This document shows positions 18,114 through 27,921 of a DNA stretch of 64,000 nucleotides, piece after piece (position 1 is the stretch's first letter; each line of letters opens with the position of its first letter). Under the pieces are notes generated by a model. That model saw nothing but the letters and a program-made list of their open reading frames with translations. It did not search any database and was not told where the DNA came from. The position numbers and the translations under genes are program-made. This DNA comes from a virus, in the IMG/VR virus record IMGVR_UViG_3300020442_003949, positions 1 to 64,000 of that record; one strand, 5' to 3'.

Positions 18114-19703
18114 TTATAAAATTTTTTGTAAATAATTATTTTTTATATTAATTCTTCTTGCAATAGCATTTTCAACAAAGTCTAAATCATCATAATATAA
18201 ATCTTTAATTTCTTCATGCGTATAACCAATGTTTTTCATTCTATTATAATATTGAAATATACTCATACTTTTTTTCTGTCGTGCTCTACTATCATCATAG
18301 AATTCTTTTTCTAATTCAATTGCTTTTTCTACAGTTAAACAAGTATTAGTCCATCTATTATTATCACGCTCCTTTTCCATTGAATAACCATAAGCAGCTG
18401 GATTAGCAAATATTTTAGATACATTTTCATAAACATATCCTTTTGGTGTTTTGTAAAATCCAGCATTTTCTAAATTATATTTTTCAGCATCATCTACTGA
18501 TATTATCGGAGGAACCGAAAATGCATATCTATTCAATTGTATACCATCTAATGGATTATCTTTCCTATATAACCATTCCATTGTTTCCCTAATACTTGCT
18601 TCGTCTTCATAAGGCAAACCTACAATGAATCCTGCTGCTATATAAACTTTCTCTTTCCATATATCTTTTAACATATGCAAATCTTTTTCAATTATTTTTC
18701 TATCACCTCTTTTTCCAATAAACGATCCTGTTTTTTTATTCATAGTTTCTATGCCAAATTCAACAGATCGCAACCCTATTTCTTCTAACATGTAAGGCAT
18801 TTCTTTTGACTTTGACATTATTTCTAGTCTAGAATATGCGCTAAATTCAATTTTAAATGGCAATTCAGATATTACATCATATAAAAACCTTACTTTATTC
18901 ATACTATCATTAAGCGTATCATCTGAAATCATATATCCAGTTGTACCATATAACTCATAGTTTCTAATAAATTCTTCTTGCAATACTTCTTTTTCTTTTG
19001 TGTAATCACCAAATTTTTTACCATTTAGATTAAATGCACAAAAACTACACGCAAATACACATCCTCTAGCAGTTTCAATAGGTAAATTTTCATTTTCAAA
19101 AATATAATCAGTCTTATCATAAATTATTTTAGACTTGCTGAAATCATTATATTGGTACATTTTTTCAGTAATAATATTACCCCAATCGGTTTTTATTGTT
19201 TTTAACGGTGTACTATATTTTAAATGGTTAGCAAGTGCAACACTAGATCGTTCTGCCTGCCCTAATATCCAATAATCAACACCTTGTGTATCATAATTAG
19301 CTGCCTTATATCCACCGACTACAATTTTTGCTTTGTTATTTTTACTTTTTATAAATTCAAAAATAACTCGCATCTCATCGTCTATTAAAGGAAATAATCT
19401 AACATAATTACTAGCTATTATTGTACGTAAACTTGTATTAGTATTTAAATATAATTCTTTTAAATCGTGATCTGAAATATATTTAGTCCATAATGTTGTT
19501 GAAAATCCTACAAATAAAGTAGATTTATCTACATGAACACTTAATATTCTGCAAATAGTATTAATATCAAAAGATGCAAAAAAATCTATAACTTGAACAT
19601 TAAAACCATGTGATCTTAATTCTGTTGCAATTCTATAAGGTCCTGCATATCTGCTAACGCCGAAAACACCATTGACATCAGAAAATATTATAATTTCAGC
19701 CAT
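18114..19703 (-). CDS. B12-binding-domain radical SAM protein (class B methylase-like)
   Basis: N-terminal GPY.IA..LR..G, FVGFST, IVVGG; IETARGCVFACSFC; SDDT, FGIET, GFIVGLP.E. Confidence 0.85.
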   Translation of the reverse strand: MAEIIIFSDVNGVFGVSRYAGPYRIATELRSHGFNVQVIDFFASFDINTICRILSVHVDKSTLFVGFSTTLWTKYISDHDLKELYLNTNTSLRTIIASNYVRLFPLIDDEMRVIFEFIKSKNNKAKIVVGGYKAANYDTQGVDYWILGQAERSSVALANHLKYSTPLKTIKTDWGNIITEKMYQYNDFSKSKIIYDKTDYIFENENLPIETARGCVFACSFCAFNLNGKKFGDYTKEKEVLQEEFIRNYELYGTTGYMISDDTLNDSMNKVRFLYDVISELPFKIEFSAYSRLEIMSKSKEMPYMLEEIGLRSVEFGIETMNKKTGSFIGKRGDRKIIEKDLHMLKDIWKEKVYIAAGFIVGLPYEDEASIRETMEWLYRKDNPLDGIQLNRYAFSVPPIISVDDAEKYNLENAGFYKTPKGYVYENVSKIFANPAAYGYSMEKERDNNRWTNTCLTVEKAIELEKEFYDDSRARQKKSMSIFQYYNRMKNIGYTHEEIKDLYYDDLDFVENAIARRINIKNNYLQKIL

Positions 19704-20355
19704 TGTTCCAAATTAAAAAATCTTGTGCTTGTGTATTTAAAATAATGTCACAGTGAAATATTTTTTGTAAAAATTTATTGCAATAAAATGTAAAAAAATA
19801 ATCATGCGTTTTATGATAAATTGGTGTATTATTTACAAGAATATTATTTTGTATTAAATAGTAATAATTGGATCTTAAATTTAAATCTAAGCAAGAACCA
19901 AATTCTTCATATCTTTTCCTATACACCCAATCTTTAAAAAATTTATTATTATTATCTACAAAAGATAGTATTAACTTTTTACATATACCTTGCAAATAAT
20001 TAATTGTTGTTTTAAATGTAAAAAAATCAGTGTGTGTAAACACACTATAAGCAAAACAAATATCAAATTTTTCTTCTAATATAGGAAAAGGCTCATCTAT
20101 ATTGCCTTCATTATACATAGGACTAAAACGATTGTAATGTATAAAATTAGCATTACTAAATTCTATTTTTCCTTGACGTATCGCATCTTTTTCTACATCA
20201 ATGCACGTATAGTTTTCTTCTTTAATTTTACCTTGACTAAAATATAATAAATTTCCTCTATTTCCTCCATAATCTAATATTTTTTTATTTTTATAATCAC
20301 CAGCAAATTTTTCAAACAAACTAAATGTATGTTTAGTTTCATATCGTAGATGCAT
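19696..20355 (-). CDS. Class I SAM-dependent methyltransferase
   Basis: KILDYGGNRG, CIDV, FD..FAYSVFTH. Confidence 0.8.
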   Translation of the reverse strand: MHLRYETKHTFSLFEKFAGDYKNKKILDYGGNRGNLLYFSQGKIKEENYTCIDVEKDAIRQGKIEFSNANFIHYNRFSPMYNEGNIDEPFPILEEKFDICFAYSVFTHTDFFTFKTTINYLQGICKKLILSFVDNNNKFFKDWVYRKRYEEFGSCLDLNLRSNYYYLIQNNILVNNTPIYHKTHDYFFTFYCNKFLQKIFHCDIILNTQAQDFLIWNNG

Positions 20356-20362
20356 AATATAC

Positions 20363-21142
20363 TTAAAATTTTATTATATTAGATTTTGGATTACCTCTCG
20401 CTTCTGCCTCACCTACTCTTCTTTTTTCATAAAAATGTACATGAGTAATTTGATTATTTTCTTTTTCTATTAAAACCTCTTGACACCGACTGCCTTCCCA
20501 TCTTTTCATATCCTCTTTGCCTATACATAATAAAATAATTATATTTTCACTATCATTTAACGTTACTATGCCATTTTTGTTTACTAAATTATTATCATGT
20601 TGTCCAGCAATACCTACAAATGCAGTATCATATCCTAGCTCTTGCGCTTTTAATTGTGCCCAACTACAAGATAACATACAATCACGAATTACCCTTGTTA
20701 AAATTTCCATGTTCTTACCTTCTATAAGGTTTTCAAATGTCAATACATCATAATTATCTTTTATTGTAAAAAAATTATCAAATTTATTTTTATCATCTAC
20801 CCATTTCCCTACAAAAGCTAAAGTAAGAGGCGCTTCTATTTGTTTAAGCTCTTGATGCATAAAAATCTGAGGTGTATCAATAGTGTCCCTTGGAAAATCA
20901 ATGTACATTTGATCATCTTTATTAATTACCCATTCGCACACACACACATTACGACATAAATGTTGCTTTATCTGCTTACCTTCGTCAGTGTTTGTAAAAG
21001 CCATTATATTATATGGTTTTAAACAATTTTTACTAGGTGCTTTTTCTGCTGCTGCTATAATTTTATCTACATGATCGTTAGGTACTGGCTCATCTAAGAA
21101 TAATCTAACAGTGCGTCTTGCATCAAATAAATTATCTAACAT
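20363..21142 (-). CDS. Nitroreductase-family flavoprotein
   Basis: RRTVRLF...PV, APSKN, A.ELGYDT.F, LL.IG; ATG 21142 after AGGA. Confidence 0.75.
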   Translation of the reverse strand: MLDNLFDARRTVRLFLDEPVPNDHVDKIIAAAEKAPSKNCLKPYNIMAFTNTDEGKQIKQHLCRNVCVCEWVINKDDQMYIDFPRDTIDTPQIFMHQELKQIEAPLTLAFVGKWVDDKNKFDNFFTIKDNYDVLTFENLIEGKNMEILTRVIRDCMLSCSWAQLKAQELGYDTAFVGIAGQHDNNLVNKNGIVTLNDSENIIILLCIGKEDMKRWEGSRCQEVLIEKENNQITHVHFYEKRRVGEAEARGNPKSNIIKF

Positions 21143-21144
21143 AT

Positions 21145-21657
21145 TTAATCCTTTATATTTGTACATCCTACTAAATGCCATCTAACGTTATCTGAACTAT
21201 TAATGAATGTATGTGTTTCTTTAGTATTAACTAAATATACTTTTCCAGATTCTAAATGATATTGTTGTTTGTGCTTAGGAAAATAAAATACACAATTTTT
21301 GTTTGTCCAAATAGGTACATGAAGTCTCCATGTAGGGTCTGCGTGAAAAGAGTAACAAGTTTTACCTTCTTTAAACATACATCTTGTCCTAATCAGTTCA
21401 AAATCTTTTACAATTTTTTCAATCTCTGTATTTATAAAACTTTTATGAATTTGATCAAAGTCATATTCAGTTACTCCATTATACAGTTTTAAACTTTCTA
21501 GACCGTCAATTATATCCCAAGGACTTGGTACTCCTTTTCTATGTTGAACAGATATTCCTTCCATTCTAATTACTAACGGATGTTTCCTAACATCTTCTAA
21601 ACAATTTCTAATATCATCAATGTTAATTTGATACTTTAATTCTTTAACTAATTCCAT
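21145..21657 (-). CDS. Asp/Asn beta-hydroxylase-like Fe(II)/2OG protein
   Basis: YSFHAD..WRLHVPI.TN...NT...HTFIN...RWHLV. Confidence 0.7.
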   Translation of the reverse strand: MELVKELKYQINIDDIRNCLEDVRKHPLVIRMEGISVQHRKGVPSPWDIIDGLESLKLYNGVTEYDFDQIHKSFINTEIEKIVKDFELIRTRCMFKEGKTCYSFHADPTWRLHVPIWTNKNCVFYFPKHKQQYHLESGKVYLVNTKETHTFINSSDNVRWHLVGCTNIKD

Positions 21658-21659
21658 AT

Positions 21660-22802
21660 TTATTCTGCTACATTCAAATCAATTAAATCTAAAATTTTCC
21701 TTTTTGGTATTTTTGAATCTGCACTACTCACACAAGATTCTGTTGTACATACAACTGGATTTTTAAACAGTTGAAACCCAGTTTCTATGTTACCTAGAGG
21801 CACATCATGACAACTATAACTTCTTTTTACACTTCCGTCAGGTTCTCTAATTATAATTCCTTGATACCCAGCGTTACAACTCCATCCTTTAAATTTATTA
21901 AAATTAAAAGCATTAAATCTTTCTGCTTGGTCCATGTACCATTTTTTTCCATCTTTATCAGTAAATTCTACCTGCATATGCCAAGGCACACTGGCATCAT
22001 TCTTACCCATTATTCCTGGATTAATATCATAAGATGGTTTTGGTCGATCTTGCCATTTGCGCTTAGATTCTGTGTAAGCACGTTGTGGCATTCCATTCCA
22101 TAATTTTTTTAACTGTTCATCTGTATATCCATCAACAACACGGCTAGCAGTAGGATCGCTTTGTGGTTTTAGTGTTACATTTATTCCTTGTTCGTGAAAA
22201 AATAATGCATTTTCCCAATCTCTGTCAAACCATTCTGGAACCATTACTTGATTAATTGTTATTTGAACATCGTTTTCTTGACACAATATTAATTTATCTG
22301 CAAAATCTTGCATCTGTTCTTTTGTGCATACATGTTCAGTATGTAAACTTGCTGTAATACTTGCCCTATGGAATGGTTTTGCATATTCAACATACTGTTT
22401 AAACCATTCCATAGGTCTAGAACAATTACTAGTCATGTGTATGCTTGTATAATTTGTGTTAGGCACATCATCTGCAAGATATTTTAGGATATCTAAATAT
22501 CCTGGATGGAATGTAGGTTCGCCGCCAGACAAACTAAAATGGAAACTGTTAAATCCGTTGCTTCTTGCTTGTTTTTTTATCTCATCTATAGTCAGCAAAC
22601 ATAATTTTGTTGGTCTATGATCTTTTGTATTTGATCTTGCATAAGGCCAACAATACGAACAACGATAATTACAATACCTACCTAATAACCACGAAACTGT
22701 AAAAAGGTCTCTATATAACAATGTCCTTTGTCCAACTTGAACTAAATTATCAAATGGTATTTTAGTAAAATCATAGTTAGACCATTTTAAATCTTCAGAC
22801 AT
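21660..22802 (-). CDS. Radical SAM protein with C-terminal SPASM/Twitch-like domain (family B)
   Basis: CNYRCSYC, SGGEPT, FKGWSCNAG...C...C...C. Confidence 0.88.
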   Translation of the reverse strand: MSEDLKWSNYDFTKIPFDNLVQVGQRTLLYRDLFTVSWLLGRYCNYRCSYCWPYARSNTKDHRPTKLCLLTIDEIKKQARSNGFNSFHFSLSGGEPTFHPGYLDILKYLADDVPNTNYTSIHMTSNCSRPMEWFKQYVEYAKPFHRASITASLHTEHVCTKEQMQDFADKLILCQENDVQITINQVMVPEWFDRDWENALFFHEQGINVTLKPQSDPTASRVVDGYTDEQLKKLWNGMPQRAYTESKRKWQDRPKPSYDINPGIMGKNDASVPWHMQVEFTDKDGKKWYMDQAERFNAFNFNKFKGWSCNAGYQGIIIREPDGSVKRSYSCHDVPLGNIETGFQLFKNPVVCTTESCVSSADSKIPKRKILDLIDLNVAE

Positions 22803-22812
22803 TTATAAACCA

Positions 22813-23772
22813 TTATAATTTTTCTTTAATAAAAACATCTCTCTTCTTTTGTTTACATACTTGTTTACAACGCAGGATTGGTGATTCTGTATTCCAAGAA
22901 TCTATTATTCCAATCCATATATCACTATTAATTGCATCATCAATGGTAGTTGTTTTTAAATTAATTGTATTAATATAATCATTTTTTGCTAGCAACACTT
23001 CAAAATCATCTTTTATTATACGACTAACATTATATTCTAACATTTTACTATTTAAATGACAACAAGGTATTATATTACCATTATGATTAACAAATATCCT
23101 TTTTTGGTTACCATATTTACAACTTATAGTACTTTCTTCAATAGCACTATCAATTGACTTTGTTTGTGACGGTTTTACACCTTGTGAATCTTTTCTGTGA
23201 CTAATAATTGTTTTAAAATCTTTAAATCCTTCTTCTTTGGCAATTCGTTTGGCTGCATCTAGTTGGTGCTCATTATGTTCAAATACTATAAACTGCCAAT
23301 TACTATCTCCTCCTGCTTTATTAAAGGCTCTAAAATTTTCTTGGATTTTTTTAAATCTTGATCCTTTTCGATATATTTCTGAAGTTTCATCACTTCCGTC
23401 TATTCCCCAAGTTACCCTATGTGAATGTGAAGTTGTAAGTAACTTAGCTAACTTTTTCCACCATACTGCTGTTCTTGTGCTTCCATTTGTAGCAATATTA
23501 ATATGGCATTTCCATTCAACAAAATATTTTATTATATCAAAAAAATGAGGATGAGTAGTGGGTTCATCTACACTTCCGCAAAAATTGATTATCTTTATAT
23601 TTGGAAACATTTCTTTTTTGAATCTATGTTTAATTAACTCAAAATCTATATATTCTTTGTTTAAAATTTTATCTGCTTGATTTGATATAACACGAAAACA
23701 TCCTTTACATTCTATATTACAAAAACTTGTAAGCTCAATATCAATCCATTCTAAAGTATCAATTGTCCACAT
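22813..23772 (-). CDS. Radical SAM protein with C-terminal SPASM-like domain (family A)
   Basis: CNIECKGC, FCG..DEP, TNG, IDG, WQFIVFEHNE, PCC, CKQVC. Confidence 0.88.
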   Translation of the reverse strand: MWTIDTLEWIDIELTSFCNIECKGCFRVISNQADKILNKEYIDFELIKHRFKKEMFPNIKIINFCGSVDEPTTHPHFFDIIKYFVEWKCHINIATNGSTRTAVWWKKLAKLLTTSHSHRVTWGIDGSDETSEIYRKGSRFKKIQENFRAFNKAGGDSNWQFIVFEHNEHQLDAAKRIAKEEGFKDFKTIISHRKDSQGVKPSQTKSIDSAIEESTISCKYGNQKRIFVNHNGNIIPCCHLNSKMLEYNVSRIIKDDFEVLLAKNDYINTINLKTTTIDDAINSDIWIGIIDSWNTESPILRCKQVCKQKKRDVFIKEKL

Positions 23773-25001
23773 TACAAAATCTCCGTAGGGTCAATCGGAA
23801 CATTGTTTGGCTTCTGGAAATCTGTGTTATCAAAAATCTTCATATTAACATGTCTTGCTAATATAGTTTTATAATTGTCTAAATAAACACTTTTAGGCGC
23901 ACACAATCCACATCCGCAAGTATGCTTTGGGCATATTACTGTAGGCATTGTGCCGCTAGAAAGTTTTTCTTTTAATTCAGCAATAATTTTTTTACCTTCA
24001 GAAATTTTTCCAATAGGACCTCTTGTTTGGTCAAACTTTGCTTGACAAGTTTGATGATGAAATATACTATCTGTTTGTTGTTCAAGATGTAAGAAAAACC
24101 AATTAACACTACAATTCCAACCTTTAAAATTTCTAAAGTCTACAAAAGTACCTTTGCGGTGTTTTCCTTTTGCAATTAGGCACATTTCTCTACTTCCACA
24201 ACATGGTCTTCCAATGGCCCATCCTTCTTTCTTTTCTACTTGATGTTTTTCATTCTGCTCTTTCCCCACTGCACTGAGAGCTGATGTAACTTCTTTTTCA
24301 TCATTTAGTTTTGCATTCTTATATTTCCAATAATTTTTCATATAGTCAAGTTGAGCATCTGTATATAAATGTGAAAAATTACTCTTACTACCTGCTTCTT
24401 CACCAATTACTCTAGGAACATATACTACTCCATTTTTGTGCAAGTAGTCACAAAGTTCTTTACACTCGTCAAAATATGCTGCATGAAACATAACATTTAC
24501 ACTAACTGTACAATTATTCTCAGGTCCATGCGTGTGAAACTGCATGATTCTATCACGAACCTGTTGCTTTAACATATTGTTACTTTCAGCATGGTAACTT
24601 ATAGTTATATGATCGGTGTGTTTTATTACCGCATTAGCCATCTCTTCACTCATAGCGCCGTTTGATGTTACTGTAAACGCTGCGTGCCAGCGGTCTTGAT
24701 ATTTTTTTTCATATGTTTGTCTTAAATAACGTAAAAAAGGAATAAAGTTTGGATTTACTGTTGGCTCTCCACCTGTAAAACCTATATTAGCTTCTTTAAA
24801 ACTTCTGTATTCTGTGTAAGTATCTATATATTCAAATAGAAAATCAATATTAGCTTTTAACTCATCTAATGTTGCATGCTTGCTAAAATTGTCATGTCTG
24901 TGTGCAGGACAATAACTGCAATCATAATTGCATCTACGTCCTAAATCCCATGTAACTTGAAATATTTTACCTGATAATAAGTCTACTGTATCAAAACTCA
25001 T
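23772..25001 (-). CDS. Radical SAM protein with Cys-rich C-terminus (family B)
   Basis: CNYDCSYC, TGGEPT, FKGWNC, CPKHTCGCGLC. Confidence 0.88.
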   Translation of the reverse strand: MSFDTVDLLSGKIFQVTWDLGRRCNYDCSYCPAHRHDNFSKHATLDELKANIDFLFEYIDTYTEYRSFKEANIGFTGGEPTVNPNFIPFLRYLRQTYEKKYQDRWHAAFTVTSNGAMSEEMANAVIKHTDHITISYHAESNNMLKQQVRDRIMQFHTHGPENNCTVSVNVMFHAAYFDECKELCDYLHKNGVVYVPRVIGEEAGSKSNFSHLYTDAQLDYMKNYWKYKNAKLNDEKEVTSALSAVGKEQNEKHQVEKKEGWAIGRPCCGSREMCLIAKGKHRKGTFVDFRNFKGWNCSVNWFFLHLEQQTDSIFHHQTCQAKFDQTRGPIGKISEGKKIIAELKEKLSSGTMPTVICPKHTCGCGLCAPKSVYLDNYKTILARHVNMKIFDNTDFQKPNNVPIDPTEIL

Positions 25002-25584
25002 TAGTTATTCCTTGTTTTTTAACATATATTTCAAAACTTTTTTTTAAGCCATAATAGTTTTTTATAACTATATCTTTTTGATAAGGAGATTTATAGCTAG
25101 TTTTTTTAAAAGAGTTTTCCTCAAAACAAAAATTTATTTTATTACCTACGTCTAACAAGATGTTAGTTGAAAATAAAGTTTCATAATATATTTTATTAAA
25201 TGAATTAAACTTCTTACCTTCTTTCTTCCAATGGGTTTCATGCTTGATAATATTCCAATAATCACATATTAATTCTTCCATAGAAAGATTTATTTTACAA
25301 TCTATATAACTATATTTTCGCCATTGATTAGTATATATTGCTATATACTTACTACAAATTTGATCAAATTTATTTTGCCGTGTGCTTAAGATAAACTCCC
25401 AATTTTGTGTGTCCTTCACTGTAACTTCAAATTTATGACAATGTAACATATTATTTTTATTTTTTTGTAAAACTCTACATTTTTTATCATCTAAATTGTA
25501 AGAATTACCATTGTTATAAAAAAAATTTCTTATATATGTGCTACCTGTTCTTGTTGCAGATTTTATTAATATATTTTTAAACAT
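24991..25584 (-). CDS. Sulfotransferase-like protein (Stf0-like)
   Basis: SATRTGST 5'-PAPS loop; R.N.FDQ..S 3'-PAPS-like motif; YYE. Confidence 0.65.
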   Translation of the reverse strand: MFKNILIKSATRTGSTYIRNFFYNNGNSYNLDDKKCRVLQKNKNNMLHCHKFEVTVKDTQNWEFILSTRQNKFDQICSKYIAIYTNQWRKYSYIDCKINLSMEELICDYWNIIKHETHWKKEGKKFNSFNKIYYETLFSTNILLDVGNKINFCFEENSFKKTSYKSPYQKDIVIKNYYGLKKSFEIYVKKQGITNEF

Positions 25585-26980
25585 TTTTAAATATACTTTT
25601 CATTTCTGTGAATGTTTCATAAAAATTTGTATTTCTTTGAGCATCACACAATTCTAAATATTCCTTTAATTCTGGTAATCTTATAGTCCAATCTTCAGAT
25701 TCCATAAAAGATAACATTCCTTCTAATCTTTTGATTCCGTAAGCCGCATTCTCCCAATCTTTATACTCTACGTTATGCCAACTTGGTATTCCTAAATGGT
25801 AATTATCTTTCCACCAAGGATAAAAATCTTGATATTTTTTACGACATTCTTCTTTGAACCATTTAGGCAATACTTTTACATTTATGTGTCCGGGCCAATA
25901 TACAAAATGATAGTTTATGCCTCCTGCACCAAATGGCCACATATTGACTTTCCTAAATCCTTGTGTCAATTTCCATTGTATAAAATCTGGTATATAATAA
26001 ATGTTCAAAGCATTGACTGCACAAGCTACAGTAACTTCTACATTATCTGTAGTTTCTTTATCTAAAATATGAAAGACTTCTTCTGTTCGTTCCCATGTAG
26101 ATGGGTAACGTATATATTCATTCATTTTGTATATTGAATCAACTGAGTAATGGAATCTAACTATTTTAAATTCTTTCCAAAGATCAAACAAATCTTCTCT
26201 CCATTCCACACCATTGGAGTTGTATCGTAATTCTAAATCTTTAGCATAACCATTTTTTACAGCATACTCTAATATTTCGTAATGCTCATCAATTATTAAA
26301 CTTTCACCCCCTGCAAAATATACTTGTTGCATTGTTGGCATTTGCTCATAAAACTGATCCCAAAATATAGGATTTTCTTTATGCCAGTTATAAGATGAGT
26401 GATTTGTACTGCCTTTGTTCTCCCACTGCATTATTTCTTTGAGAGATTCATTTTGTACCTTTGGAAATATAGCTCCCCAATCCTTAATCCACCCCGATGA
26501 ATCGTGTGGTGAACACATAATACAACCTAACTGACATTTGGTTCCAAATCTCAAGTCAATATAGGTAAGATGGGCTGGCGAAAATCCATCTTCTTCTGTA
26601 TTAGCTACAATTTTATCCATATCAACTCGTTGCGCCCAGTAATCTGTTTCCCATTGACGTTTGGATCTATGTCCTGCCGCTTCTTCCTTATAACACTTTA
26701 TACACGAAGGCGGTTGCTCACCATTCAACATCTGTTTGCGAACATTTTTCATATAATTAGAGTTCCAAGCAGTTTGAAAATCAGTTACATTTAGATTGTT
26801 AGGTTTACCATCATCTGTTTTTAGAATTCCTACTTGTCCGCCATGTTCCTTATCATTAGTAGGACCAACTGAAGATGCATTTGCTGTACAACAAACTCTC
26901 ATAGATCCATCTGGACGAGTACTCAAATGAACCCAAGGCAATAAGCAAAAAGTTTCTGAAGGGTATTTATTATCTTTCAT
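25577..26980 (-). CDS. Radical SAM protein with N-terminal Twitch-like Cys domain (family C)
   Basis: CLLPW..L, CC, CIKC..E; DLRFGTKCQLGCIMC....SS.W; AGGE. Confidence 0.88.
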   Translation of the reverse strand: MKDNKYPSETFCLLPWVHLSTRPDGSMRVCCTANASSVGPTNDKEHGGQVGILKTDDGKPNNLNVTDFQTAWNSNYMKNVRKQMLNGEQPPSCIKCYKEEAAGHRSKRQWETDYWAQRVDMDKIVANTEEDGFSPAHLTYIDLRFGTKCQLGCIMCSPHDSSGWIKDWGAIFPKVQNESLKEIMQWENKGSTNHSSYNWHKENPIFWDQFYEQMPTMQQVYFAGGESLIIDEHYEILEYAVKNGYAKDLELRYNSNGVEWREDLFDLWKEFKIVRFHYSVDSIYKMNEYIRYPSTWERTEEVFHILDKETTDNVEVTVACAVNALNIYYIPDFIQWKLTQGFRKVNMWPFGAGGINYHFVYWPGHINVKVLPKWFKEECRKKYQDFYPWWKDNYHLGIPSWHNVEYKDWENAAYGIKRLEGMLSFMESEDWTIRLPELKEYLELCDAQRNTNFYETFTEMKSIFKNV

Positions 26981-26984
26981 ACTA

Positions 26985-27919
26985 TTACTTATTATTTAAC
27001 CTCTCTAATGCCCATTTTCTTTCAACACACCAAAAACATAAGCCACATTCTTTTAGCTCTATAGAATCCTTTGCAATTGAATAGTATGTGTAATCTATTC
27101 CTAAAAGATTTTCATTCTTATAATCACCTTCACAACTTCTTGTTACGTTAAAGAAATCCATAATATCATAGTTTTTATATTGTTGTACAATCCAATCTTT
27201 TTCTATAAGACGCAACGGCTCTAAACACCAAGAAATTCCTTCATGTTTGATGTATGCTAAAGTTTTTAAGTCATGTGTAACATTGTCTCTATTACACATT
27301 CTATCTTTAATATCAAAATCTACAGTAGGATTTTGTGTAGTAGCATTATAAACAGCATTATACTTGTTATAGAATGCCAAATAACTATTAAAGGAAGAAA
27401 TTAAAACTTGATCTGGGGATCTATCGCCAACAATATTTCCCACTACACCATGCTCCAACTCAGGCGGTATATAAGTTGTTTCTCTATTATCTATTATATT
27501 TGGAAATCTATTCTTAAGCCAATTATACACATTTAACGATACATCACCTTGCCAAGGACGTGTTTTCCAACATCTTTTATATGTAATAACATCAATTTTA
27601 CATTTATAATTTTTTTCTTGAATTATTGTTGCTAGTAGGTAAGTTAGCATAGCACTATCAGCACCACCACTTAAATTAATCGCAACTTTGTTCCAATTAG
27701 GATTTAACGGAATTGCAACGCCATTTATTAAATGTGTTTGCAAACCTTGCTCTAATAATCGATCCTTAATACTACCATATAGCTTTTCTTTTGCCAAAAA
27801 AAAAGCTCATGATCAGATATATTATTATGTATTCTTTTTGTTTCTTCTTCAATAAATTTAAATTGATCAAAATTATAATTATTATTAAAAATACAAGTTT
27901 GATATAATGTATTATCCAT
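26985..27919 (-). CDS. QueC-like N-type ATP pyrophosphatase; 5' end appears frameshifted at a T9 tract (main frame 26985-27797)
   Basis: PP-loop NLSGGADS, TRSC, CGLCFWC.ER. ATG with AAGGA RBS at 27919 is out of frame with the body, and the frames can join at the A9 run at 27796-27804. Confidence 0.65.
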
Positions 27920-27921
27920 TT

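Noticed and set aside
20363-21142. BluB or azoline-oxidase assignment for the nitroreductase
   Set aside because: Only generic nitroreductase motifs are visible
26985-27919. Assigning the gene symbol queC
   Set aside because: Has the PP-loop and Cys tail but is otherwise divergent and unlinked to folE/queE
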